Origin: a virus
Taxonomy: Duplodnaviria > Caudoviricetes
Length of the DNA stretch: 38,481 nt
Strand: one strand, 5' to 3'
Virus record (IMG/VR): IMGVR_UViG_3300010222_000009
Coordinates: 1-38,481 of that record
A model generated the notes under the pieces. It made no database searches. It was not told the origin of the DNA and saw only the letters and a list, made by a program, of their open reading frames with translations. Below, piece by piece: positions 1 through 9,426 of the stretch. A program made the translations under genes and the position numbers. Positions within the stretch are counted from its first letter, which is position 1, and each line of letters starts with the position of its first letter.

Positions 1-54
1 CAGAGCAATTCCTTCGTAAGGAATAGGCCGAGGGTTCAAATCCCTCCACCGGCT
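1..54 (+). tRNA. tRNA-Thr(CGT), 3' part (5' end outside window); integration target
   Basis: Anticodon arm ATTCC-TTCGTAA-GGAAT (anticodon CGT at 15-17), T-arm GAGGG-TTCAAAT-CCCTC, acceptor 3' strand CACCGGC plus discriminator T, no encoded CCA. Confidence 0.9.
40..54 (+). repeat. att core, left copy (ATCCCTCCACCGGCT)
   Basis: Identical 15-mer at 38427-38441; equals tRNA 3' end. Confidence 0.93.
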
Positions 55-153
55 TTCTACTAAACGTTTACATTCCGTAGCCACAACGCCGGATTGCGGT
101 TCCTCGTCCGACCCCTCAACGAACAACGATGTTAATTCATCGGGAGTGTCGGC

Positions 154-1125
154 ATGAGTTCCGAGGCGGAGGAGCCTGCCGATGAGGAACCGGACCCCAT
201 TGAGATATTCGAGGAGGCTAACGCGGAGTTCCAAGAGGCGATAGCTGAAATTGATGATGGAAACCCCGGAGCCGCCTCCTCCCGCATGGAGGCGGTGGAT
301 GGGTTCTTGAAGCGGATTGCATCGGCCGACCCCGACCCGATGCTTAAACGACAGTCAATCGCCATCGTTGCCGAGTCGGTCGGATTCATGACCAAAGGGG
401 AGACGGAGAAACAACTTGAGAACCATCTCCGCCAGCAAAAAAGCCAACGAGCGGAGCGGCCGGAGATTAGCCGGCTCTTGCAGGAGCGGGTTCGGAAAAT
501 CGAGAAACTCGTTGCCGATGAGAGCGGAGCAGAGGCCCGATATCGATTCTTATTCGATAACGACCCCTCGCTTATCGTTGACCCGGAAACGCTTTACTCT
601 CCGACCAAATTCCGGCGAGAATACAATGGCGTCTTTGATGTTCTCCCTCGGTTCGAGGGGACACAAGAAGATTGGGAGAACCTCCTACATGACCTCCAAC
701 AGAGTCGGTTAGTCTCAAAACCGGATGCTGTTGGCCCGCGGTCGGCCGCCATCCAAAAGCTGCGCTCGAAGGTTGCCAAATCCGAGGCGTATCTGAATGC
801 CGGCGATGCGATTCGGAACAACGGTATATTGATCGATGCTCCCTCTCCCGAGGAGGCAGAGGCGGCATCGGTAATCTGGATAGCCTCGGAGGAAATCAAG
901 CGAATCTGCGATGAGCAAGAGATCACCCCCGAGGCGCTCCGCCTCGAAATGGATAACCGCAACTTAAGAGCGGGGACCTCTGAAGAAAAGCGATTCGGCG
1001 GAAATCAGGCCTATTTCTGGCCGCTCCGGGCCGATGAGTTCGAGCCGAAACTCATCGAGTCGCCGGAATCGGTCGGGGAGACGGAGAACAGTGAGCAACA
1101 GCAATCGCCAGAAGGCGATGGATAA
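154..1125 (+). CDS. Hypothetical protein, first gene of replication module
   Basis: 323-aa acidic ORF with genome-typical codons; no motif recognised. Confidence 0.75.
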   Translation: MSSEAEEPADEEPDPIEIFEEANAEFQEAIAEIDDGNPGAASSRMEAVDGFLKRIASADPDPMLKRQSIAIVAESVGFMTKGETEKQLENHLRQQKSQRAERPEISRLLQERVRKIEKLVADESGAEARYRFLFDNDPSLIVDPETLYSPTKFRREYNGVFDVLPRFEGTQEDWENLLHDLQQSRLVSKPDAVGPRSAAIQKLRSKVAKSEAYLNAGDAIRNNGILIDAPSPEEAEAASVIWIASEEIKRICDEQEITPEALRLEMDNRNLRAGTSEEKRFGGNQAYFWPLRADEFEPKLIESPESVGETENSEQQQSPEGDG

Positions 1126-1148
1126 ATCACATAGCACTATACAAAACC

Positions 1149-1424
1149 ATGAGTGAAACACGGCCAACCAGACAGAAAGAGATTCCGGACGTTACAGAGA
1201 GCGAGCGGGAATCGATTTACAACCAGTTCGAGGAGTTCATGCAATCCGGCGGGAGCTGCGATGCAAACCAACGGTTGCATCTCCCGGGTGGGGAGGAGTC
1301 GGTCCCGATGTGTGACGGAGGATATGGTGAGCCGGCGTTTGAGTGGGTTCCCGTTGCTGTTTGGCCGCCGGGGTATCGGCCGATCTGTCGCTTTTGTGTT
1401 GCTGAATGGAGGCGGTCCAGATGA
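1149..1424 (+). CDS. Small Cys/His-containing hypothetical protein
   Basis: 91 aa, LH..C and CRFC motifs; stop overlaps helicase ATG (ATGA). Confidence 0.7.
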   Translation: MSETRPTRQKEIPDVTESERESIYNQFEEFMQSGGSCDANQRLHLPGGEESVPMCDGGYGEPAFEWVPVAVWPPGYRPICRFCVAEWRRSR

Positions 1425-3289
1425 GCGGGACGAACAACGATATCGAGATTGTTGGCGGTGGGGAGTATCCGCCAACGGAGTCGGTCAAACTCCATGGCCC
1501 TCCGGGAACGGGAAAAACGACACAGACCATGGAGCGGCTCAAGAGCCTCCTCTCGGAACACGGTTATTCTGTCTCAGATATATGTTTCGTTACCTATCGG
1601 AGAGAGATGGCGGAGCGGTTTCTCGAACGGCTCAATCAAGAGGAGCTAATCACCTACGATGCCCGCGTAAAGCCATGGAAACATGACACTCGGTTCATCG
1701 GGACGTTACATGCTGTCTGTAATCGGCTCTCCGACCTCGAAACTCCTCGGGAGGGCAATAGGCAAATCGGCGGTATCATGCATGAGTTCTGTATAGAGGA
1801 GTTCGGAGTACCGTACTTCAAGGCCAACGATGAGGAGGTGTTATCAACTCCCGGGGAACTCATGTTCTCCGCTCGAAGTTGGTGCATTGAGAATGAGATT
1901 CCGTTCGAGCAATGGCACAAGTCTCCGCAATACGCTCAAGTACAAGAGAAATGGGAGTATCGCCCCGAGATGCCGGAATTTAACGAGCGGTGGGAGGCAG
2001 AGAAAGCAGAGCGGGAGATTGCCGACTTCGAGGATATGCTCACCGCAGTTCGGGATGGGGGGTTAACTCCGCCTCGGAGGGTGATTGCTGTCGATGAGTA
2101 TCACGATTTTACGCCATTGCAGGATTCGATTTGCCGGCGGTGGATGGATGAGGCGGAGATTGTCATCGTTAACGGTGACCCGCTCCAAGTGGTCTATTCC
2201 TACAAGGGGGCCGACCCGAGCTATTACACCTCGCTGGATTATCCGGAGATTCTCCTCCCACAATCGTATCGGGTTCCTCGGAGCGTTTGGGAGTACGCCG
2301 GAAAGACCCTCCGGCCGGAGTATGAGCCGCCAGATATCGAACCGAAAACGCCGGAGATTGACCCCGATGGGTACGATGGAAGTGTTGAGGAGGTCCTCTC
2401 CGACCCTCTTGGTTCGGATGGAACGTATGAAGGGGGAAGGACCCCCGCCTCGTTTGTTGATCGGTATGGCGAGGATACGATGTTTCTGGTCCGAACCCGC
2501 TCTCAAGAGCGAGACGTTGGCGACTCGCTCAAGGATGCTGGTATCATATTCGGTTCGCAATCTGGCGGGGGTGGTTGGAACCAGTCTGATAAGCGACTCG
2601 CCATTTACAACGTCCTCGCCGCGCTCGATGGTGTTCGACACCCCGCCGGCCGGACGGGGCAACAGCCGCTCATCAATGCCGGCCGGGATAACTCCTTGCC
2701 ATGGGATGAACCGGAGCAACAGGGGACCCCTCCATCTGAGGTGTGGGCGCATGGAGATGAATGGTCAACGTTCTTTGATCGGGTCCCGGCGGAGCTCATC
2801 TCTGGGAAAACAAAGGAGAATCTCCTCACGGTCCTCAAAAATGAGCCGCGGTTGGCGGGGGACGAGATAGCAGAGTACACAACTCCGAAGTTTTGGACGT
2901 ATTTCACCAACGGCCCCGACTCCGTGCAACATCTCCTCTCGTATGACGGCAAGCCGCTCATTGCCAAGGCCCTCCGCCGGTATGACTCCGAGGTGAAACG
3001 CGGGACGTTCGATACCCGAGTGCAAACAATACATGCCAGCAAAGGCGGTGAGGCGGAGACGGTCATACTCTATGATGGCGTTCCGGATCGGGTATCGAGC
3101 TCGATTCGGAAGGATGAGCGAGAGGCAAAAAACGAGGCGAGGCTTTGGTATGTCGGTTGCACAAGGGCCAGCGACTGTCTCATCGTTGCCCGGGGCGGAT
3201 GGGATTGGGTCCGCGATTACCTCCCGAAAACCGAACGGGAGAAAGAGGAACTCAAGGAGGCGCTCGCCTCGGATGGAGGTCGCCAATGA
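1421..3289 (+). CDS. UvrD/Rep-like superfamily 1 helicase
   Basis: GPPGTGKT (Walker A), DEYHD (Walker B), GDPLQVVYSYKGAD, QSYR, TIHASKGGE, EARLWYVGCTRA. Confidence 0.92.
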   Translation: MSGTNNDIEIVGGGEYPPTESVKLHGPPGTGKTTQTMERLKSLLSEHGYSVSDICFVTYRREMAERFLERLNQEELITYDARVKPWKHDTRFIGTLHAVCNRLSDLETPREGNRQIGGIMHEFCIEEFGVPYFKANDEEVLSTPGELMFSARSWCIENEIPFEQWHKSPQYAQVQEKWEYRPEMPEFNERWEAEKAEREIADFEDMLTAVRDGGLTPPRRVIAVDEYHDFTPLQDSICRRWMDEAEIVIVNGDPLQVVYSYKGADPSYYTSLDYPEILLPQSYRVPRSVWEYAGKTLRPEYEPPDIEPKTPEIDPDGYDGSVEEVLSDPLGSDGTYEGGRTPASFVDRYGEDTMFLVRTRSQERDVGDSLKDAGIIFGSQSGGGGWNQSDKRLAIYNVLAALDGVRHPAGRTGQQPLINAGRDNSLPWDEPEQQGTPPSEVWAHGDEWSTFFDRVPAELISGKTKENLLTVLKNEPRLAGDEIAEYTTPKFWTYFTNGPDSVQHLLSYDGKPLIAKALRRYDSEVKRGTFDTRVQTIHASKGGEAETVILYDGVPDRVSSSIRKDEREAKNEARLWYVGCTRASDCLIVARGGWDWVRDYLPKTEREKEELKEALASDGGRQ

Positions 3290-3362
3290 GCCGGATGGTC
3301 GCGTTCATCGGATGCTCGGGTACGAAACTATCCGGCCTCCATCTCAAGGGAGGCGAGAACGA

Positions 3363-4268
3363 ATGAGCAACGATATCGAGGATGACCCCGAGGTAAAGAA
3401 TGTAAGACACAACGGAGCGAAAGATCGTTTTGTTTTCGTTTCTGGAGGGATGGATTCGGTTGCGATGGCCCATTTCCTCATTGAAAACGAGTGGTCGAAA
3501 GATTACGGAGCATGGAAAAAACGGCCCGTTGTGATTTACCTCGATACCGGGATTGGGCTTTCGAGCCAACGCATTTATGTCGAACTTCTTTGTGACCATT
3601 ACGGTTGGTCACTTTGGAAACTCCGAACAAATGAGAATTTCGAGGAGTTGGCCGAGGAACAAGGGTTCTATGGCCCGAGGAGTCATAACAAGATATTCAA
3701 TCGGCTCAAGGGCCGGCAATTCGATAAACTCTCAACGATATCGGCTAACGCTCACTTCTATACCGGCATCCGCTGGGATGAGTCTCCAGCGAGGTCGGAG
3801 AGCGTTCGGGAGGAGTACGATGATAAGATGGGGGCATGGTTCCATAATCCGATACTTGAATGGTCGGATGAGGATGTCGTTGAGTACCTCCGGGAAAATG
3901 ACGTTCCGTTCAATCCGAATTGGGACTCTCCCCATTTCACCGATTGCGGATGCGGAGCAACAGCATCGAGAGAGGAACTCATCGAGTTGGAGGCGGAGGG
4001 GTATGAGGTCATGGCTCGGAAACTTCGGGAATTGGAGGAGCGAACCGAGAAAGATGACAAAACCAGCGTATGGGCATGGGGTTCGTTCGAGGATGATGCG
4101 GTCGAATGGCTCGATGACTCCGATAACGAGGTTGCCTCCGCTCGATTCCTCTGCTCGGGGAATTGCTCCTCGAAATCGAGAGCATTGGATGCGGAGCGGT
4201 TGACTAACCGAGCGCCGGAGGGGAATCCCGGCGGCTCCGAGGAGGCTGGTTTCGATGAGCGAAAGTGA
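3363..4268 (+). CDS. PAPS reductase-family (PP-loop) protein
   Basis: SGGMDS PP-loop, YLDTG, GIRWDES, NPILEWS, C-terminal DCGCG; start chosen at ATG 3363 after GGAGG. Confidence 0.85.
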   Translation: MSNDIEDDPEVKNVRHNGAKDRFVFVSGGMDSVAMAHFLIENEWSKDYGAWKKRPVVIYLDTGIGLSSQRIYVELLCDHYGWSLWKLRTNENFEELAEEQGFYGPRSHNKIFNRLKGRQFDKLSTISANAHFYTGIRWDESPARSESVREEYDDKMGAWFHNPILEWSDEDVVEYLRENDVPFNPNWDSPHFTDCGCGATASREELIELEAEGYEVMARKLRELEERTEKDDKTSVWAWGSFEDDAVEWLDDSDNEVASARFLCSGNCSSKSRALDAERLTNRAPEGNPGGSEEAGFDERK

Positions 4269-6153
4269 AACCAAGAATGATATCGAGTTCGTTGATAAGC
4301 GGGAACTCCCGGAGGTCCGATATCGGAACGAGTACGTTAAGAAATGGAGCGAGGTCGCCACCGCTCTCCGATACCGCCTCCGCATCGAGGAGCGAGATGC
4401 GTATGATGCGAAAGCCTCCGCCGCCTCCCCGGAGCCGCTCGAACCCGGCGATGAGGTTGAGGTCAAGGCATGCAAACAATGGGTTGAGAATGGCGATGAG
4501 TACGGAACGAGCGGCAGATGGCATATCACCGATTCGAGCCATGAAACCCTCCTCGAACATGGCGGGTATTACGTTCTCGCCGTTTACGACCTCGTTGATG
4601 ATGTTGCTGGGGGAGAGCGGGTTCGCATTCTCGGAATGGAACTCGTTTCCGCCGAACGGGTTGATGAGGAGTTGTTCCGAGGCGGGAGTTGCGATTCCCA
4701 TCGGCTCGGGTACAAATGGTTATTCCCGGATGTTCATCCCTCCTCGGATGACCCTCGGGAGAGAGTCAAGGGAGACGGCCAGCAACCCGCCAACGAGCGG
4801 GAGGAGAACTCCGGGGGTGATGGCCCGGAACCCGAACCGGAATTCGCTGGGGAGTCGGAGAGCGGCGAGGAGGAGCCGCCAGCGGTTAAGGTCATCTCGA
4901 ACGAACAACGTCACCCATCCGACTTGAGGGATAAGGAGATATGGGTCGTTTGGGCATTCGATGATGCTGGCCGAAAACGACCGAGAGCGCCATGGCAAAC
5001 CGGCCATTGTTACCCGGTTAGTTGGGGGGAGGATGCGGCTCAACGACCGGAAACCTCGTTCGAGGAGGCCCGGAAATGGAGCCAATTCGGAGCGGAGATT
5101 CAACAGCAATGGCCGTTTCCGGAGGATTCTCCGGATAAGAGCCTCAAACTCGGGATGTTCCTCCCGCACGACTCGCCGGAACCCCCCATCATGCAAATCG
5201 ATTTGGATAACGTTCGCCATCCTGAAACCGGGGAGTTGGTTCCCGAGGCGGCATCCATCCTCGATGAGTTCCCGGAAACGTATGCCATCGTATCCGTCTC
5301 CGGAAAAGGCATCCATCTATATGTTCGAGCGGCTCTCGATGACCGGGGGAAGTTCGTTGAGCCGCTGGGGGAGTACGATGCGCCAGCGTTCGAGGGGTTG
5401 ACCGAGCCGCCGCAACTCGAATTGTATGACCATGGCCGCTTTTGCGCTATAACGGGCCAGCATATTGAGGGAGCGGGGACCGAGGTTCCCGAGGCTCAAG
5501 AGCGGGTTGACCGCCTCGTTGAGCAATGGGATACGACCGAATGCGCCTCATGTGGTCGGACGTATCAAACCCGGGAGCTCCCGGAGCCGGGGGATGACGG
5601 GCCGCTCGAATGCCCGGATTGCGGCGAGGAGATGGGTTCGGATACTCGGGAGTTCGACCCCGAGCGGTATCGGCGGCAACGGGATTTGGATAGTTCGGCC
5701 GGGAATCGTTCCCCGTATTTCTCGGAGCCAATTGAGCGGTTCGGGGAACCGAAAGCGAACGGGGCATCAACCGGCGAGGGATTCGGCGGAGCGCATCCCG
5801 CTCATGGCGGAACGTCATCCCCGGATTCGGAATCAACCAACTATGCGGTCAACGTCTCCGAAAACGCATGGTACTGTTTCGCTCATGGCTCCGGAGGCGG
5901 GCCGTTGAGCCTCGTTGCTGTTATTGAGGGGGAGTTGCGATGCCGAAACCCGAACCTCTCGAACCTTGATGATGAGGAGTATCTCAAGGTATGCCTCGCC
6001 GCTCGGGATGATTACGGATTCTCCGGTGACCCACCATACCGCGCGCTCGTTGGGGTTGCCCGGGAGCACAATCTTCCGATGGCCGATGAGGAGGAGGGCA
6101 TCCTCGGGCATGATACGTATGGCGTTGCCCGCCGAATATACAACAATAGTTGA
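4255..6153 (+). CDS. Primase-polymerase (AEP-like) with N-terminal PD-(D/E)xK-like domain and C-terminal Zn-binding domains
   Basis: IDLD, SVSGKGIHLY, LELYDHGRF motifs; CASC..CPDC ribbon; HPAH..WYCFAH; N-terminal YDA..EVKAC. Confidence 0.75.
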   Translation: MSESETKNDIEFVDKRELPEVRYRNEYVKKWSEVATALRYRLRIEERDAYDAKASAASPEPLEPGDEVEVKACKQWVENGDEYGTSGRWHITDSSHETLLEHGGYYVLAVYDLVDDVAGGERVRILGMELVSAERVDEELFRGGSCDSHRLGYKWLFPDVHPSSDDPRERVKGDGQQPANEREENSGGDGPEPEPEFAGESESGEEEPPAVKVISNEQRHPSDLRDKEIWVVWAFDDAGRKRPRAPWQTGHCYPVSWGEDAAQRPETSFEEARKWSQFGAEIQQQWPFPEDSPDKSLKLGMFLPHDSPEPPIMQIDLDNVRHPETGELVPEAASILDEFPETYAIVSVSGKGIHLYVRAALDDRGKFVEPLGEYDAPAFEGLTEPPQLELYDHGRFCAITGQHIEGAGTEVPEAQERVDRLVEQWDTTECASCGRTYQTRELPEPGDDGPLECPDCGEEMGSDTREFDPERYRRQRDLDSSAGNRSPYFSEPIERFGEPKANGASTGEGFGGAHPAHGGTSSPDSESTNYAVNVSENAWYCFAHGSGGGPLSLVAVIEGELRCRNPNLSNLDDEEYLKVCLAARDDYGFSGDPPYRALVGVAREHNLPMADEEEGILGHDTYGVARRIYNNS

Positions 6154-6154
6154 G

Positions 6155-6493
6155 TTAACCGATTGAAACTGTCACTGTTGCCTCATCATCCGGCTGAACG
6201 ATGAGATTGTACGCCCCTGATGCCGCCGCCTCATGTTCGAGTTCGGCGGCACTTTCGACAGTCTCAGCCAGCACCTCCGAATCGCTTGGATCGGCAAGGC
6301 TAACGGCAACGAACAACCCCGAATCGTTCTCGATATCGATGCTAATTGTATTTCCGCTCTCTACATCGAGGTTATACGTTGCGGTATCATCAACCGTCTC
6401 ATCAACGGCCGCATCACTCTCATCCGAATCATCTGAGAGACAACCAGCTAGGACCCCGACTCCGACCAATCCGAGGATTTCTCTCCGTTGCAT
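6155..6493 (-). CDS. Tat-exported lipoprotein
   Basis: MQRREILGLVGVGVLAGC: twin arginine, hydrophobic stretch and LAGC lipobox; acidic beta-rich body. Confidence 0.85.
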   Translation of the reverse strand: MQRREILGLVGVGVLAGCLSDDSDESDAAVDETVDDTATYNLDVESGNTISIDIENDSGLFVAVSLADPSDSEVLAETVESAAELEHEAAASGAYNLIVQPDDEATVTVSIG

Positions 6494-6559
6494 GCCCGTT
6501 ACTCATCGTTGGATTCCCATTATTGTACTGTATATTTTAGAGTTGACTACACTCCCGTT

Positions 6560-6648
6560 TTGATGTTAACTGTTTCGTCGTTAACTTTATATCGTTAGCC
6601 GTTCAATCGTTAACCCAACGGGTTACGTTGCCCGTTCGAGGGATTGGC
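6560..6648 (+). promoter_or_regulatory. Early operon promoter with GTTAAC operator-like repeats
   Basis: TTTATA box near 6586 flanked by GTTAAC at 6565, 6580 and 6609; AT-rich divergent intergenic region. Confidence 0.6.
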
Positions 6649-8958
6649 ATGTACGCACGCTCTACAGAACACGGCTCCGTCGAACCGCTCACAACCGAAA
6701 TCAACGACGTTACCGGGATTCTCCGGCTTATAATCGAACTCCCGTTCGAGGCTCGCCGGTTCGAGTTCTCGCTCCCCGCTGGGGAGGAGAGCCTTGATGC
6801 CTCGAACGAGGATGAGGTTCCCGTTCTCCGCCGCGTTCTCGATACGCATGCGGGAGAGGTCATCCGTACCCGCTCGCTCCCGACCGTCATCAAGGAGGTT
6901 TGCATTGCTCGGTTCGGAGGCGTTCGTACCCGAACCGAATGGTTCTCCGCGCGGGCAACCATCGAGCCGGTTCCGACCGCTATCGTTCCCGCCGATACGT
7001 ACCCCGACCCCGTTTCCGCTGGCGAGCCGGTCGATTCGACCGATGCGGAGGTTCGCAACGCCATCGAGGAGTTCGAGGCGAGCGGCGAAACGGCTATGAC
7101 CGATGGCGGTCGGGAGCGGCTCCCCCGCTTTTGCCCGAACGATGATGAGCGCCTCGAACCCCGCTCCGAAGAACCCCTTGAGGTCGAATGCCCGGAATGC
7201 GGATACGAATCTCCCCGGAATCTCCGAGAGGAGACGATCAAGATTTGCCATAAGAACGCCAGCATCTCCGAGAACTCCCGGGGCGAGGGAGAGCCATACG
7301 TGGCTGAAATCGAACTCGGGGGTGTTGTTCAAAACGTTGCGCTCTCCCGCCCGTTCGTTCGGGAGGAGGTTTCCGATCCGGAGGTTATGACGGATGGCGG
7401 CTCCGAGGAACTCGCTCCGGTCATCGAACCGACCGAGTTCGAGGAGGGTGAGCCGGTCGTTTTCCGCTATACCTCGATATCCAGCGGTACCGAGCAAGAG
7501 CGGAGCGGGGAGGTCATCGAAACCCGCGTTTCGGATAATTACTCATGGTCGTCTAATTGGGTTCGCATCGAGGGAGATGACGGTCGCTTTTACAAGGTTG
7601 ATGAGGAGGGTCGGGCGACCTCATGTGAACCGAGCGACTCCTCGGAAACCGGGTATAGTTTCCTCGCTAATCTCGGAGGCGATGCTCGGTTGATCCGGCC
7701 CGTTTCAACCGATAGCGGCGAGCCGGAGGATGACGTTGAGCGCATGCGAGGGGAACTCCGGGAGGTTTACTCCGAACTCATCGAGCGCCATGAGAGCCTC
7801 AAGGAACAAGCGAGAGAGGCGAAACTCGAATACCGTGAATCCGAGGCGGTTCATGATGAAATCCGAACGAAAGAGTTGGCGGCGGCTCGGGATGAGTGTA
7901 TCACCAACGTTCGGAGCATCGAGGAACTCCTCAACAAATGGAGCGAGCGGTATGATGAGCCTGCGACGGATGGCGGCCAGCGGAGAGTTCCCGAGAGCGG
8001 CGAGCGGGCAACGTTGACCGTTGTTGAGGAAACCAGCGGGGAGACGGTCGAACTCCCCGGCGAGGTTGACCATGCCTCCCGAGTCGAGAGCCGGGTTTAC
8101 GATGGCGAGGATGATGAGAGCGGGCACATGGAGCCGGGCGTTATGGGCTACGCCGAAACCGATGACGGTCGGCGGCTCTCGTTCAATACAGCCAACGACC
8201 GCCTAACCGAGCATCATCCCGAGGCGGAGGAGGCGGAGGATTCCGTTGAGTTCATCGGGGTTCTCGTTGAGGCGGAGTTCGAGAACCATGGCGAACTCAT
8301 GACCGATGGAGGCGGGCGAATTTCGGAGGTCGGCGGGGTCGGTTTTGCGTTTGCTGGCCCCGGCGACGAACTCCGCCAATGCCCCGAATGCGGCACGATA
8401 AACAACATGTTCGTTAACGACACCCGTTGCTATTCATGTGGGTTCCGCTGGGGGAGCGACGGCAAGGTTCTCGATGATGATGGGGATGATGACGGGGCCG
8501 AAATATTGACCGATGGCGGTCGGCCCGTCCGGGAGGAGGAGGAGCATCGTACCTTGATGGGAAAATACAACCCCGATGAATGGAACCCGGAACCCGACCC
8601 CGAGTATCATCGGAGCGGCGAGGTTTCGATTCATGACCCCATCGAGGGGGAGGCGTACTCCGAGCCGGGGCATTGGGCCGACCGGCCCGCCGATATGGAT
8701 GCGGAGCATGCCCGCCGCCTCGCTCTCCGAGGAGAGTTCGATGACCTCGGTGAGCATCAACCGCTCCCGCTCCTCTCATCAAGCATGCGGGGCGTTCCGA
8801 CCGAGGGGGTTCAAGGGAGTTATTCGCATGTCATTGAACTAGATGAGCCTTGTCCCGAATGCGGGGAACGTTGGGGCGTTCATTTCTGTCATTCAACGAT
8901 GGGAGGGGTTCACTCCGAGCGTTGTCTCATTTGTGAGGCGGAATTGATGGCCCCTTAA
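6649..8958 (+). CDS. Multi-module protein with five TDGG linkers (CxxC and beta-barrel-like modules)
   Basis: Open frame of about 769 aa from ATG 6649; TDGG at 7099, 7390, 7966, 8302, 8509; CPECG three times. Confidence 0.85.
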   Translation: MYARSTEHGSVEPLTTEINDVTGILRLIIELPFEARRFEFSLPAGEESLDASNEDEVPVLRRVLDTHAGEVIRTRSLPTVIKEVCIARFGGVRTRTEWFSARATIEPVPTAIVPADTYPDPVSAGEPVDSTDAEVRNAIEEFEASGETAMTDGGRERLPRFCPNDDERLEPRSEEPLEVECPECGYESPRNLREETIKICHKNASISENSRGEGEPYVAEIELGGVVQNVALSRPFVREEVSDPEVMTDGGSEELAPVIEPTEFEEGEPVVFRYTSISSGTEQERSGEVIETRVSDNYSWSSNWVRIEGDDGRFYKVDEEGRATSCEPSDSSETGYSFLANLGGDARLIRPVSTDSGEPEDDVERMRGELREVYSELIERHESLKEQAREAKLEYRESEAVHDEIRTKELAAARDECITNVRSIEELLNKWSERYDEPATDGGQRRVPESGERATLTVVEETSGETVELPGEVDHASRVESRVYDGEDDESGHMEPGVMGYAETDDGRRLSFNTANDRLTEHHPEAEEAEDSVEFIGVLVEAEFENHGELMTDGGGRISEVGGVGFAFAGPGDELRQCPECGTINNMFVNDTRCYSCGFRWGSDGKVLDDDGDDDGAEILTDGGRPVREEEEHRTLMGKYNPDEWNPEPDPEYHRSGEVSIHDPIEGEAYSEPGHWADRPADMDAEHARRLALRGEFDDLGEHQPLPLLSSSMRGVPTEGVQGSYSHVIELDEPCPECGERWGVHFCHSTMGGVHSERCLICEAELMAP

Positions 8959-8977
8959 CCGAGGCTCACCGCTTGCG

Positions 8978-9030
8978 GCCAACCGCCTCCGATGGTTCGG
9001 CATCGCCGGGTTCGATTCCCGGAGTCGGCT
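8978..9030 (+). ncRNA. tRNA-like mini element (T-arm plus imperfect acceptor stem)
   Basis: CCGGG-TTCGATT-CCCGG T-arm (9006-9022), CGATG/CATCG hairpin, GCCAACC/AGTCGGC partial pairing; intergenic. Confidence 0.55.
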
Positions 9031-9069
9031 TGCGGTTTCCGGTTATCCCGAAAACCGGGGAGCAAAGCA

Positions 9070-9426
9070 ATGAATGAGGATTCCGAGAGGAGTCAAGCAA
9101 GGCTCTCCCCCGAAACAGCGGAACAAGAGCAACCGTATCGAATCGGTGACCATGTGACCGACCGGGAGGAGGATGAGGAAAAGCCGATCCTGGTCGTTGG
9201 CGTTTCCGGTCATCTCGCTCGGGACTACCGAGTTGAGGGAGCGAACGCCACCGTTGCCGAACTCAACCCGCAGTACCCAAAGGCGGATGAGGTCGTTGAG
9301 GTTGTGTTCGTTCAAAAGACGGATACCAACCTCGCCAACAGCAAGCGGTACGCATATCCGAGTTCCCGGCTCAAGCATCGTAACTCGATTCATCCGACCG
9401 AGGCGGAGGAGGAAAACGAACAATGA
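9070..9426 (+). CDS. Haloarchaeal virus-type hypothetical protein
   Basis: GDHVTDRE..TVAELNPQYP..YAYPSSRL pattern resembling small haloarchaeal proviral proteins (recollection, not searched). Confidence 0.75.
   Translation: MNEDSERSQARLSPETAEQEQPYRIGDHVTDREEDEEKPILVVGVSGHLARDYRVEGANATVAELNPQYPKADEVVEVVFVQKTDTNLANSKRYAYPSSRLKHRNSIHPTEAEEENEQ

Noticed and set aside
8960-9030. Full virus-encoded tRNA gene
   Set aside because: No D-arm or 7-nt anticodon loop and acceptor stem has mismatches; kept only as tRNA-like element
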